This document shows positions 36,500 through 50,099 of a stretch of DNA of 64,000 nucleotides, in pieces; the stretch's first letter is position 1; each line of letters starts with the position of its first letter. The DNA comes from Lama glama. Its lineage: Eukaryota. The DNA lies in assembly GCA_028534125.1 (NCBI GenBank), contig CM052818.1:6822001-6886000 (forward strand). Direction: 5' to 3'. The translations under genes and the position numbers were made by a program. Under the pieces are notes generated by a model. The model was not told the DNA's origin. It was given only the letters and a program-made list of their open reading frames with translations, and searched no databases.

Positions 36500-38980
36500 A
36501 AGTGAGAAAAGCAATATAGAGAAAGGTGTAAAGAGTGTGCAATCATATTCAATATATAAAATATTAAATACATACACTTGTATTTAAAAACCAAATAATG
36601 GAAGAATAACCAATAACATTAAATAATGGCTACCTATGGGGTCAGAGGGCACAGAGTCGCAGGGGAGGAGGAAGACAGGGAGAAAAGCCAGGTGTCTCAG
36701 CCCATAACTTCATTTGCAAATTTGACTTTAGAGCCATGTAAATAATTTACATAATTGTAAAATAACGTTCAAAAATGTTAAAGTCATCTTCAAAAGTAAA
36801 AAATAAAATAAATCCATTTTGAGGATGACTACCCAAAGAAGGAACTCTACTAAGTGGCTGTAAACTGGTAAATTCAGTGCACATCCCTAGTTGGATATAC
36901 CCTGAGGACAGAAAAGTGCCAAAATCAAAGTATTAAGCTATGTATTCCTATTTTCGCAGGCAGAATTGTTATTCTGAGATTGTCGTGTGTGTGCTGTGGT
37001 TTGATAAAGCAATACAACACATGACACTGTAATTCTCCACTCGCAGAGTAACGGAGGAAAGTGTAGGACAGCAGAGGTCTAGTAAAACCCATATGGTTCC
37101 GATTTTGAATGGGAACTATCCTGATGAATTCAGAATGTATTTCTTAGCTCTGTCCTTGGCAAAGACCTGGAAATAATGGCCAACCCTGAACCAATGAGCA
37201 TTCCAAGCCTCCAGACTGTGGTCTCACGTGTTAAAACAGACCCCTAGAATATTAATTTACGGAGGTGACTGAGTGATAACACAGAGAGGTAATGCCACTG
37301 AAAGAAGAATTGATTACTCACATTTTCCAAGAGCAGGGGCATACCACACCATGCTGGGCCACGTGCGGAAGCACCAGGTTTGGTCAAAAGGCATCACGAG
37401 TGAGGAGAGAGCACGGTCCAGAGCCTTTACTGTGTTTTCTGTAGGAAAAGGCAGAAACAGCTTAGGACTGGATAGTCTGAATAATGTTGGTGGGCTCTTG
37501 GCTAAGGGGTGGTCTTGAGTTGTCTGATACTTGGCCCCGGGTTGATTTAGGGCAGGGGAAATACTGGTTTGGTATGTGAGTTAGATATAGAAGGTGGCTG
37601 AGGGTATGGGCTCAGGGCTGGTTGGTCTGCATGTGAAAGGTAGTTCTGCAGGTGAGTTGTTACTTTAGGAATTAGCCAGCCCCAGGAGAAGCAGTCTCCT
37701 CCCAGTCAGCAAGGCTCCCCAAGATGTCAAAACATCATAAAATGAATACATAATTAATAGATCTCAAGATACCATTTCCCACTAAAAGGAGTCAGTAGTC
37801 CTTGGAGAAATTGTTGGCTCCAGGAAATAGATGAGATGAGCCTGGAAGATCTTGTCATAGTAGAGAGTAAGGATGCTTTCAAAGATGACTTGGGTCATCC
37901 CAAAAGGACTCGAGAACCAACTTGAGAAGCCTCCCACTGGTCAAAGATGGAATGATCTCAGCATCAATAAAGATAAAAACTCCAATGGATTAAAACACAT
38001 CGCATATATTTAAAACCACGAATTAACAGTGTTACCAAAAAGAAATGTAATAATGTTCCTGTTTGGAGGATGCGAGGAAGTCAACCCAGTATTTCAAAAA
38101 CCAGTAAATAAAGAAAAAGAATCAAGCATTTATCCTGTTTTTCTGTCTGAACTCAACCATTGGGTAAGCAAATAGTAAATGAAGGGCGTTTTCTTTGTTT
38201 CAGTGCAGTTTCAGGAATGGTGGAATCAAACTATCACCATTTGATAAACCCTAATGTATCAAAGGATCTAGGTATTGAGAGTCAACACCTCTTGTCACAA
38301 CAAAAAGAGAGACAGTCAGACATGAAGAGCCTCCTGCTGGAATACACCACTACTTGGGAAGTTGTCTTGCAAAAACACTGAACCTAAATCTGAACCAGCC
38401 TGTAGTTCCAACAACCAATTGATAAGAAATTCAAAGGAGAGCTGAAACACAATACAAGATGCACAATACAACTGGAGAGCTGTAATCAGCAAGACCTAGA
38501 CTGGGGGAGACTCTCCAGGCCAAAAGGCCCGCTGCACTCAACAAATTCATTTCAATTAAAAAGTACTGAATAGGGCAGAGGTGACAGGAAGAGGGACATA
38601 TGGACATATCAATATCGGTGGGGACCCATTATAGAGCCTAATTCTATTAAATAAACCTTTTAAAAGTTATAACTTTATGAAGCGATTGGAAATTTGAACT
38701 CTGACTAGAAGTTTGATTAAAGAATTTTTAATTTTTTAGATATGATAATGGAATTTGGGGGACTTTTTTAAGAGTCCTTACTTGTTAGATATATATACTG
38801 ATACATTTATGGTTAATTATGTGATGTCTGAGATTTGCTTCAAAATAATGCAGGAGAGGGTGTGGGTGGGAATAGATGAAACGGGATTGGTCAGGGGGTG
38901 ATGAGTACATAAAGGTTCTTTACACTATTCTGCTGCTTTTGTATGTATTAAAAAGTTTCCATAATAGAAATTTTTTTAAA
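36500..38980 (+). mobile_element. Old L1MC-type 3' region interrupted by an LTR
   Basis: aatgagcattccaagcctccagactgtggtctc continues after the insert as aagataccatttcccactaaaagg...cttggagaaat; ends gatttgcttcaaaataat...ttccataata. Confidence 0.65.
37228..37760 (-). mobile_element. ERVL-type solo LTR (MER74/MER76-like) nested in the L1MC
   Basis: ~530 nt interrupting otherwise contiguous L1 sequence; reverse strand has ttttatgatgttttgacatcttggggagccttgctgac near its start. Family name uncertain. Confidence 0.5.
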
Positions 38981-40229
38981 ATGCAAGGTAACGATAACAA
39001 AAAGTTAGCAATTACTCTATTTCCACATCTACACCTCTGACTAGCCTGGAGCCCATTAATGTGAAAAGATCCAAGACTCAAAGACTAGACATCCATTTGG
39101 CCAGTCAAGATTCAGTTTTCAAATTCTTCCTTAACAGAACTTTCCAGGCACAATTGTAATAACATCCTATTAATTCTTATGGAAACAAGATAGTCTAGAT
39201 TTAATTAATCATTCAGGTAACTAAAAACAACCCCTTTATGTTCAATCCTAATTATTTTGATTACACTTTTTCTAAAATGTCATATAATTCCCTGTCATAG
39301 GAAATTGAGTTACTAACAACTTTTTTTAATTTTATGACTCAGAGTCATTGTCAGGAAACCTCAGACACGGGCAGGCACTGGCTGTAATCTAGCCTAGGGG
39401 GCTATTTAACTACCTGCTGTTATTAGTGTTAATTCAAAAGCTCTGAGCCTTCTGAGATGGTGATCCTCCCGCTTCCTCCTCCTGGCTACAGTCAGCATGT
39501 CGGCTCCCCATGCCCCCACATGGAACTGTGGTCTGTTCTCTGCTACCCCTTTGACACTCCTCATTGAAGCTTCACCGGGTGCCCTGTTCGCAGTAAGCAC
39601 CCAATGGCCATTCACTGAACTGCATTAAACCTGGGAAGAATGGAAGGTTGCCAGTGGAAGTCAAATAATTAAGCCTATTAACTCATTAACTTTAATTTTA
39701 GACACATCACTTAAGCTGCTGAGTGTAGTCTGGGAATTCATACCTGAGTTCCAAATGCTTGAGGGGATGCCAGGAGTCTGGCTGCTGAATTAAGTGGGGG
39801 TGGGGGCGGGGAAATGGCTCTGTTACATATTAAAATGTATGTTTGCAGGCGCACATAATTGCTGCTAATTGGTACCGCAGAGAGCACAAAAGTGGCAAAT
39901 TGATAAAGGAGGAGTTCTATTTCTACCTCTAATATGAAGAATAACCCTTGATTACCTCAAGTACCACCCCACCTTCATTGGAGATACCAGTGTACGAAAG
40001 TATTGTCTGAAATTCCAAGCTACTTGTTGAAATTGAAACACATTTTTTTATAAAAGAAAATGAAATACTTTGACTAAAACAAACAATTAGGTAAATTGTG
40101 TGGAAGGAAAAACAACCCATAATCTTAATTTAATTGGTCTTTGCCACTAAAACATTTGATCTTTAATTATGAGATACATCTTAAGTTTATCTTTAGTAGG
40201 CACTTAATTATTTCTCACTAAACATAGTT

Positions 40230-40720
40230 TTGCTCAGGCACAAAACCTTGGAGTCATCCTAGATTTTCCTTGGTCTTATCTTACATTCAACCCATCTATA
40301 AATCCTGCTGACTGTACCTCCAAAATCCAGGATCCAGCCATCTGGACACCATCACCGCTACATCCCAGTCCAGATCACCACTCTCCCTCTGCTGAGCTTT
40401 GTTTTAGCTCCTTATCTGTCCCCTACTCCACCACTGTCTGTTCTCGGATCTGTAGCTGGAGCTGATTGTTTATACGAAGACAGTCTTACATATCTCTTTC
40501 CTGCTCTGTACCTTCCAGTGGCTCCCATGACACACCATGCTTCATCAAGTTCTGCTGTCTACACAGCCAGCCCCTGCTTGCCTTGGAACTCATTTCTTCC
40601 ACTCTCCCCCTCGACTACTCTGCTCCAATGACATGAGCTTTGTTGCTGCCCTTTAAAATGCAATAAATCTTTGTTGAATGAATGAAATACAATAGTTGCT
40701 GCATGAATTAATGAGTGAAT
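40230..40720 (+). mobile_element. LINE-2 3' end
   Basis: caaaaccttggagtcatcct...aaatcctgctgactgtacctccaaaat...aataaatctttgttgaatgaatgaa terminal repeats. Confidence 0.75.
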
Positions 40721-40807
40721 TCTATGATTAATTATAATCAATACCAATTAGTACAAGCTGTATGTTAGCCCAGCCCAGGGATGCTCTCTTACCTAACTGG
40801 TCTAGTC

Positions 40808-40960
40808 TGGTGGTCCTCAGATTTTACCTGGTATCAGAATCACCTGGAGGGCTTGTTAAAACTCCAGTGGTTAGCCTCACCCCCAGAGTTTGGGATTCAA
40901 TAGATCTGGGGTGGGTCTAAAAATCTGCGTTTCTAGTAAGTTCCCAGGTGACGCTGATGA
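40808..40960. mobile_element. MER5A-like DNA transposon fossil
   Basis: atcagaatcacctggagggcttgttaaaac...ccccagagttt...aatctgcgtttctagtaagttcccaggtgacgctgatg. Confidence 0.8.
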
Positions 40961-41389
40961 TACTTAAATAATTCAGCCTGGAAGGCCAACTGAACATTCT
41001 GAGCAGATATTTGGCAAAATTTACCCTGGTGTTCCTGTCTGCTCTCTGGATGAAAAGATTAATTGCAGGAAGGAACTCATTTTTTGACAGTTAGCCACAG
41101 GGTGGCCCTCTAGCCCCAGTAATGGCTCCATTGGCCCCCAATTAAAACACTTTTTGTTATTTGGAGAAGTTCCCAGCCACTTCTTTAAAAAAAAAAAAAA
41201 AAGAATTTAGCTGTAGGGCCGGTAGTTTGCTGTTCACAAAGGTCTTTCTCATGGGGCATGCTGGTGGCTTCCACAGCAATGTAAGCTTCCATGCTCTGTT
41301 AGAAATCACTACTGTCCTTCAAATGGAAATGACACGGGGGAAACTGGTTTGTAAGTATGAGAAGGCACTACATCATAAATGGAAAGAGG

Positions 41390-41830
41390 TTTCGTCGTAG
41401 CCAACAAGGAAGGGGCACACACAGGGCAGACGTCCAGCTCTGGGTACCCCTTGGCGCCCTGCACGCTGTAGCCACGCCGAGGCCCCACCCGCCCCTCATA
41501 CCCCTCCAACCCCCTCCTTACCGTGGTGAGGACGGCGCCTTCCGCTCAGCGGCCAGATGCCCTTCCCCGGCGTCTTCACCTCACTCCCAGCCAGCCAGGG
41601 GGGCCCTGGGACCAGCAGGAGGAGGAAAAAAGGACGGAGGATTGAGGGCTTGGGCGTATCCGCGTCCTGGGCGAGGCCCTGGTACCTCCGGAGGGGCTGG
41701 GCCGGCAGCTGATGGGCCGACGTGGGGGGCGCGGGGCGGGGCACTCAGGGGACGGCTCCGCCCTCTCCTCCCCGGCTCACCTGTTCTCTTCCTTCTCCTC
41801 TGTAGACTGGAACGGGCGTGCATTTCAGAC
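41390..41830. promoter_or_regulatory. Orphan CpG island with GC boxes
   Basis: CpG-dense patch in AT-rich repeat-filled intergenic DNA; GGGGCGCGGGGCGGGGC at ~41726-41742 and CTCCGCCC at 41756-41763. Confidence 0.75.
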
Positions 41831-42097
41831 GTTAATGGAGCCTGGAAAAGGCATCCAAGTGAGCATGTGCAAAAGTTAAAAACAGCCCTCCATCTTACAA
41901 GGGGGTTTCCGTTCCCAGGAATGTAAACAAGACCGTAAAACTCCTAAGGACACTTTGTTCATTAGACATGTTCTTCAATAATATAATTTAGGTAGTTTAA
42001 ATATGTCCTTTACATGTGACTAGGCAGTTGATCTTTTTGTCCCAATAAGGGGCTCATTGAGGCTGTAGGCTGACTGCCTTGGGGACTACTGGTAATC

Positions 42098-42543
42098 TTT
42101 TTTTAATTGAAGTATGAGTGATTTACACTGTTGTATTAGTTTCTGGTGTACAGGACACTGATTCAGTTATACATATATATTCTATTTCATTATAGGTTAT
42201 TGCAAGCTATTGAGTATAATTCCCTGTGCTGTACTGTAGGTCCTTGTTATTCATCTATTTTATATATAGTAGTGTGTGCATCTACTAATCCCAAACTTCT
42301 AATTTATTTCTTCCCCTCTCTCACTTTCCCCTTTGGTAACCATAGTTTGTTTTCTATGTCTGTGAGTCGGTTTCTGCTTTGTAAATAAGTTCACCTGTAT
42401 CATTTTTTTTTAGATTCCACATATAAGTGATATCATATGGTATTTGTCTTTGACATACTCCACTTTGTACGATAATCTTATGTCCATTCCTGTTGTTACA
42501 AATGGTATTATTTCATTCTTTTTTATAACTGAGTAGTAGTCCA

Positions 42544-42581
<38 letters not shown>

Positions 42582-42790
42582 ACATATATATCACATCATT
42601 TTCATCCAATCATCTGTTGATGGACATTTAGGTTACTTCCTTGTCTTGGCTATTGTAAATAGTGCTGCTATGAACATTGGGGTGCATGTATCTTTTCGAA
42701 TTAAGAGTTTTCTCCAGATATATGCCCAGGAGTGGGATTGCTGGAACATATGGTAACTCTATGTTTAGTTTTTTAAGGAATGTCCTTACT
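42098..42790 (-). mobile_element. 5'-truncated LINE-1 3' end with internal (TG)n at ~42547-42579
   Basis: Reverse-strand copy of the family at 13625-14234 (ttttttaattgaagtat, tagattccacatataagtgatatcat, ttgtaaatagtgctgctatgaacattggggtgcat). Confidence 0.92.
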
Positions 42791-44259
42791 GTTTAGTGGT
42801 ATTCTTGGGCTTTTTTCAGTTTTATGAGACCTATGCTTCTTATCACAAATATCATTACTCTCCTTTCTCTGTGTTCTACTCATTTAAGGTGAAAAAAATA
42901 ACAAGGGGAAGTACAAATTCAAATAGTTGTAAAACAAATATTGCCGAACAAAGATGGTGACACCACAGAAACAGAGCACTGCAAGGGGGTTTGAAGTATT
43001 CGTTCATTCCTGAAATCAACATGTGTCATTTAACAGGCATTTAGGGGAATCCAGATCTTCTCTGGAATAGGGAGGATGTGTCCTGGAAATGGAGCTGTGG
43101 CACACCCTGCCCATTGGCCCCTCATTCCCTCAGGTGTAAGGCCTGAAAAACTAGAAACCACTTTCTCAGACTTCCTTGAAGCTCTGCCAAACAGAGGCAC
43201 CTGTGTGAAACAGAAGATGAGCCTGGGAAGGTGGGAGTGAGGGATACAGGGCACAGCTGTATTAGGAAGTCAGGTTCTGGTAGCTGGGAATGGGGTTCTA
43301 CTGCCTGGTTTCCTGTGTCCAGAGTGTGGGGTGGTGGGCAGTGGCAACCATTCTGTTAGAACAGTTCTTCTAGAACTCAGAACTCTTAGCCGCATTGTTC
43401 CTGGCTACTAGCAACCCATCTGTTTCCTTGTACTTCTCAGAAGTTCTGTATGCTCCTTACAAATACCCTGTAATCAACGCATTTCTGCTTTTAGTAACAA
43501 CAATGGATTCTGCTGTCTGCAACTTGGAATCCTTACCATTAGGTTACACTATCTAAATCAAAGCAATTCAGACTGGGCTCAGGGAGGTGTGTTATGACAT
43601 CATTCTCTTTAAATCCCCTGAAATTGAGACAAATCTCTGGTTACACTTTCCTCTAATTACTGTTCACAGTTTTAATCTCTTCCTCCCATGTGCTCTGATG
43701 CTTATCAGTCAGAGAGGTTCTAGCATTCCCTACTTGACTGCGGATTCTGCCGTTTCCTCATCCAGTTCCTTGCAGATGTTTATTTTGAAAGCCAGCTGAC
43801 ACTCTCCCCTGGCACTTTTGTGGCACCTCCAGCACTGTCACTTGCATGGTTTTTGACAGCTATTGCCATGAGAACATGAACACTGTGGGGAAGTGAACAC
43901 AGTGACCTTCATAACTCAAAATAAAAAAACAAATCACAAGTGCTCATTGATCCAAGGCTTACAGTACAGCATGCCACGAGAGCTCTCAGCCGAGGGCATA
44001 TAATACTCCGTCTACTTGTTAATGGGTATGGTTTAAAAACATGAGAGAGAGAGAAAGAAAACCTATGTTAATCTTATTCTTCAATACTGTAATTCCTCAT
44101 GTGAACAGCACCATCAGCTTTGCATAGAAGAATGCTAAATGTAGTATACTTTTATTGAACAAAAAGACAGATGGCAGGGAAGTTGCATATAGGGACTGAA
44201 AGCCACCTAGAGAGGCTTCATGTCAATAGCACTGACTAGACAGTGGGAGAAGGCCCCTG

Positions 44260-45172
44260 TGCTAAGAAGGTGTCTAATTCCTACTCTAACACCAATTCTA
44301 GTGTGTTTGGGGGTGGGGGGGTTGTCTCCCCTCACATCACCAATCAATTCTCCAACACTAGCTGGGTGTCCTAAAATTCAACTCAGTTCTAACTCCAGAT
44401 TTTCAGTCCCGCAAGAGTGTCCTGACTTCAGATGCCAACTGCAAGTCCAGAAGCAAGACCCGTGCTTCTCACTGATTGGCTATAAATCAGGGGTTCCCAC
44501 AGCATCCTCCTTGGGTTTGACTAATTTGCTAGGGCTCCCAGAACTCAGGAAAATATTTACTTACTAGATTACAGGTTTATTATAAAAGGATATAACTCAA
44601 GAACAGCCAGGTGGAAGAGATGCTTGGAGCATGTACATTGGAAGGGGTGCAGAGCTTCTGTGCTCGAGCGTGCCACTCTCCCTCCGAATCTCCATGTGTT
44701 CGCCAAACCAGAAGCTCTCTGAACCCTGTCCTTTGGGTTTTTATGGTGGCTTCATTAAGTAGGCATGATTGATTAAATCATTGGCCACTGATGATCAAGT
44801 CAACCTCCAGCTTCTCTCCCTTCCCCGGAAGTCAGGGGGTGGGTCTAATGACCTGGTTGGTTCCCCTGGCAACCAGCCTCCATCCTTAGTTGCTTTCCAA
44901 AAGTCATCTCATTAACAAACCAAGTTGTAGTGGGAAGAGGCTGGTTATGAACGACAGGACACTCATTTCACCTTCATGGCTCTGAAACAATTTCAGGAAC
45001 TGAGGACAAGAGACCAAATATCATGACAAAAGATGATCCCACTGCTTTTAGTGCTTAGGAAATCCCAAGTGTTTGGGGAGCTGTGAGCCGGGAACTGCAA
45101 CTGAAGAACAAATATATATGAGAAGTATACTTTGGTCACCTGAATGACCAAATATATATTTCTTATAAATCC
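44260..45172. mobile_element. MER21-like LTR
   Basis: gctgggtgtcctaaaattcaactc, gacttcagatgccaactgcaagtcc, cagaactcaggaaa, ggtttattataaaaggata, gaccaaatatatatttctta are MER21-type motifs. Confidence 0.7.
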
Positions 45173-46277
45173 CTAGCCCAGAAATTTGCAGCCTTGGCCA
45201 CCCATTAGAATCACCTGGGACTTTAAAAAATGTAAATTAGTCAAGTCCAAACCTAGACCAATCGAATCAGACTCTTTGGGGGTGGGGCTCAAGCATTTAT
45301 TAAGCTCAAGTGATTCTGATGAGAACAACCAGGTGGGAGTTTCTACTTTGCCTCTTTTATCTCGTGCATGTGCCTTTCTCTCCTGTCTCTATAGGCGCCT
45401 GAGGATTTAAGATAAAGTAACCACATAGATTTTAATAGTAAGTAGCATTTGTGGCTGGAGGCCAACTTCCAGTTCAAAGACTCTTACACAAATGAGGCCT
45501 GTCTGGTGTGGATGGGAGCTCCACCAGGGTGTGAGTAATTGCAGGCAGGGATGACTGGGGCCAACCTGGAATGTCACCGAGATAGGTGCCTTCGTTTGTC
45601 TTCCAGCTAGTAAAAGTTCTAACCTGGCAACCAACAAACCTCAGGCCATTGACCTAGGGTTGGGATGGCTAAGCCCTCTTTCCTGAGCTGAACACCGTAG
45701 CACATTTTCCAATTTCCACCAAATCATACAAGTGGCAAATGGTCCAGGAGAGAGGAGACATATTTTCCTTAGAGCAGAAATTGGCAAACTTTTTCCATAA
45801 AGGACCAGTGATTTAGGCTTTCTGGGACAAGGGCCAAATTAGAGATTATCATATAGGTTCTTATATAACAGAAGAGAAAACGCCTGCCCCACTGCTGCCT
45901 GGGGTGGGCCATTCCCGGCAGTGGACAACTGGATGCTCAGGTGCCATCAGCTTGGAGACATTTTCAGGACAAAGAGCCACTGGCCTGATGAGGAGAGGTT
46001 TGAGGGACAGGGGAGTAGGGGTAGGGGTTGGCTGCCACAGTTGGTTTCACTCTGCCAGTGTCACCTAGACCCTGGAACATAGTCATCTCAGCTTGGGCCA
46101 CTGGTCAGAGGGGAGGCAATTTACCAAGTTGCCAACACCTGGACTGGAATTCTACTGCTTGGTCCCAGCATTTGTTAACAGCAAAGTCTCCAACATGCAA
46201 GTGGTGACCAGTGTGGGCAGAAGTAGATGCGGCCACTAGCCAGGGAGTCTGGTGCTGGGAGTAGAAAGGGGAACAGG

Positions 46278-46521
46278 GACCAGGGCCACTTATGACTTTC
46301 ATGGGCCCTTGGCACTTTTACCTTCATGAGCACTTCCACCATAAACACATCTTAAAGATTATATTCTATAACTGTGTTGGTATAAAGACAAATAAAGTCC
46401 AGGCTGGACTACATGCTTTCCTTCAGATGTTAAATTAAGTTAAAATATTCGTATGGGCCCTTTAAAGTCTTGTGGATCCTAGGCCCTGTGTGTACTGTGC
46501 CTAGTGGGTGAGTCGGCCTGA
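46278..46521. mobile_element. MER45-like DNA transposon fossil
   Basis: cagggcc...catgggccct...atgggccc...gtcggcctg with inverted terminal similarity. Confidence 0.5.
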
Positions 46522-47949
46522 CACACGTGGAGGGGGTCCCCCAAGCTTGGTCTCCATGGCTCACTACACTTATCTATTGGTACAGTGCTCGAGGGCCACA
46601 CAAAAACAAGAAGCAGGTGGGATTTGACAGGGGGCCCTGGTTGGCTGACCCCTGCACTAGACGACCAGGATCCAGTTAGCTGAGAGAATTTCCCACGGGC
46701 CACAGGACACCTAAGAAAAGACATGGTCACCTGCAGTGACTGGGAACCACTACAGAAAGTTGGATCTCCTGCCAGGTCCTGCCCCTACCCCTATTATTTT
46801 TCTTAATAAGCTATTACTCACCTATGGAAAAGTATATAAAATAAATGTGGTCAACTTAACGCATTGTCACAAAGCAAACGCCCATCCAGATCAGTAAGCA
46901 GACCACTGCCAGCTCTTCGAGAGGGTCCCTCTAGTCCCCCTCCAATCACCGCCCTCTCCCCACCTGAAGAAGGCCACTCAACTGACGTCTAACCCTGTAG
47001 GTCAGCTTTGTTGGTATAAATTGAATAATGCCACAGAGAGCACTGTACTCTCTCATGTCTGACCTCTTTCAGTCCTGGCCATTGTTGCTCTTGTGCTTCT
47101 GGAGGACTGAATAGAGTGGACTGCCACTCTCAAGATCCTACTGTCCTGAGATTGGTTCTCTTCCAGGAACTCAGCTGGAGGTGAGGAGGACCTGTGAGCA
47201 AGCCAGCGAGCCAGCCCGGGGTGCTCTGTGGACTAGAGAGAGAGAAAATGTACATTGATGCTACAAAGTGCCTAGCAACAAACGCAGGCTCCTTGTGGCA
47301 GGCACGCTAACAGGAAAACCAGCCTGACCCAGAAAGTTGATAAAGGAGGCTCTTCTTAACCAAAGCCTCATTGCCTCTGAGACTCATTAGCCACTACTTA
47401 CTAAAAAGAATTTTTTTTTTTACAGGGAAGACATATTCAATATGCTTTACATTTGAGCATGAGTCAACACTTTTAACCTCAACTCATCTCCCAAGTGCAG
47501 GGCAGCCCTGTATAACCATGAAGTCTGTGCATGGCACACCTCTGGGGAGCATCATTTACACAGGGTGTGATGTGAAGGGTGCTGAGCGTGGAAGCACACA
47601 GTGCAGGGAGCAGGTTAGCAGACTCCGTTGCCTGGATCCAGACCACATTTTAACTTAGCATGTAGTCTGCATACATAGACCTTTATCAGGTATACATGTT
47701 TGGGGAAAAGTTCTTCAGATTAGTTCCGTATACTGGTTACCCATTAACCAGAACTATTTTTTTTTTTTGCCCCAATAGGCTAAGACGATTGAATCTGTAT
47801 TTAATGATTAAGAAGATCTTACAGGATCTTTTGTGGGTGCGTGGGGGGAGAGAGGGAGTAGAGGGAAGGTGGGCAGTGATTACATTTTGAACATCAATTC
47901 TCTTTTTATCTGGGATGCATCTGTAAAAGAAAACATCTCTATCTACATA

Positions 47950-48162
47950 TACAAAATATCCAGAATAGGCAAATCCATAAAGACAGAAAGTAGATTAGCA
48001 ATTGTCAGAGGTCCCGGGTTTCTTTTTTGGGCTGATGAAAAATCTTCTGGAATTAGATTGTGGTGATGGTTATACAATGTTGTCAATATACTAAAAACGA
48101 CTGAATTGTACACTTATTTAAAGGGGTGAATTTTATGGTGTGTGGATTATATTTCAATAAAG
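47950..48162 (+). mobile_element. LINE-1 (L1MB-like) 3' end fragment
   Basis: atatccagaataggcaaatccataaagacagaaagtagattag...ctgaattgtacactt...tatttcaataaag. Confidence 0.85.
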
Positions 48163-48944
48163 TTCATCTGTACAAAGCACCCTAAGAGTCCCAAGACTAT
48201 CATCTCAGTCTCGTGTCTTACTCCAAATAATCCTAAATCTGCTAGAAAATCTGGTCCAACATTCTTGTGTGTATTGCTCCTAAGAAATACCTCGGGTTTG
48301 AGACTCTGATTTGAGAAATTTTAGGATACTCATTTCCAACCCTTTGAAAAAATGAAAAACTAGCGGGAACTCCAGGCAGTCTTCCTTGGAGACAGGGAAG
48401 TTTTCTTTCAAATGACTTAAGGTGTCCCTCTTGCTATGTGCTCACTCACCCGCTGAGACCCCCAAGTAGGGGGGCCTGCAGGCTGAAGGTGGCCAGAAGC
48501 CTGCCTCTGCCCATCCTGCCACCAACATGAGGAAAAGGGGTGGAGCTTGGGCCAGGAGAGCAAATTCCTGTCTAGAAGGCAGAGGAGCTACCTGCATCCG
48601 GAGTACAACTTGGGAAGACGTAGCTGAAGAGAGGAGAGGTGAGTAGAGGACTTCTGTTGTGAATCAGGAACATTAGAGGGCAGCCTCACAATTGTTTGCA
48701 AGGCCTGGTTCCTTTTAAGCAGTTACCCAAATATTTTTAGGACAAATGTTCAAAACGGGCATGCTCCCAAGCCACATAGGCACGGCGGATCCGCAGAGGG
48801 GCCTACAAGCTGAAATAGGCCTTCCTCTCTCTCTCCAAGGGGAAAAGGATCAAACACGAGCATGTCACTCATCGGGCCCATTGCAAAGGGCCACAGGCTG
48901 GTTGGGAAGTGTTCCTGTCACCCTGTGTCTGATCTGAGAGCCAG

Positions 48945-49150
48945 CACTGACCGAGAACCTTCCCTGTGCCAGGCGCTCTTCTGAGCATTTCACATATTCA
49001 CACGCCTATGCCACCAGTTGGATTATTATCCCCATTTTAAAGACGGGCAGCATGAGGCACAGAGAGGGTATTGGGCCCAGGGTCACACAGCATGCAAGTG
49101 GCAGAGCTGGGACTGGACCCAGACTATGCATGCTCCTCGTCACTCCACTG
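48945..49150 (-). mobile_element. MIR SINE
   Basis: ctgtgccaggcgctcttctgagcatttcacat...attattatccccattttaaagac...tgaggcacagagaggg...ggtcacacagc. Confidence 0.8.
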
Positions 49151-50099
49151 TCTATGCCGTTCACAGACATCATCACCAGTGTGCCTCTGGGTGGGCTAAG
49201 GGGACCCAGCAGATAGATCAGCACTCTTCCTGCTCCCCTGGTAAGAGGTGGCTTATGGAATTGCCCCTCTTGATTTGACTACATTGAAAAGCTGAGTCAC
49301 TGAATACTAACTCAGCCTCCAAACACTCTCCACAACAAAGAATCAAGGCAGCCGCACTCCAAGGTGGGGATTTAAATTGTCATTAGTAACAGGTCCCATC
49401 AGATCCTGGGTCTGTGCAGACTCTCTTCCCATCCCTTTGGACCTTGGCCAGAAAGTAAAACTAGTTTCCTTATTATCTGAAGGGTTGGAAATGTCCTGGT
49501 GAAAACAGGGATCTCTCCCTTCAGAGGCCCCAGGGTCTGGAAACTAAGACTTCCAGTGTGAACCTGCGGGATAATCCCATCCTAAGAGGCCTCTAAGTTC
49601 CCTAATTGTGCTGGAATGTGGGGTCATTGAGAATGAGATGCCAGAAAAGAAACGGCAAGTGTGGTGCTGAGGATGGTAGGGGCATGGGCCATGTGTCATG
49701 CAGGGACGTCCTCAGCCATTTTACCGCTGGGGCATTCTCCCACTTGGCTCTGGGCGTACAGGAGACGGTCCATGAAGGCCTGTTGTCCTAACAAGACAGC
49801 TTTATGGAGGTATGTGGCCAAAGCACTCACTTTTTGCAAGAGCCCTGCCAGTGCTGAGTGGGAGGCACCCGGGAGTCTTAGCTCTCACTGCCACAAGCCA
49901 CACCAGTCACTGCCCACCCCAGCAGCCCACCCTGCCCCAGGGGTCACATTGGCTAGAAGCAGCTGGAAAAAAAATCAATTCCGTCACCCGCAGGCCACCC
50001 CCGAGAAGAGCTCCACCAGTAAATGCCACTTCCAAACACAAGAAAGGAATAAAGGAACATGCAGATCCTACTAGAAAGGCTGTATTCTTTTTTGAGGCC

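Noticed and set aside
41357..41926. 189-aa ATG-initiated ORF across the orphan CpG island
   Set aside because: Composition tracks GC content and resembles no family I recognise; it would need Ribo-seq or codon-conservation support.
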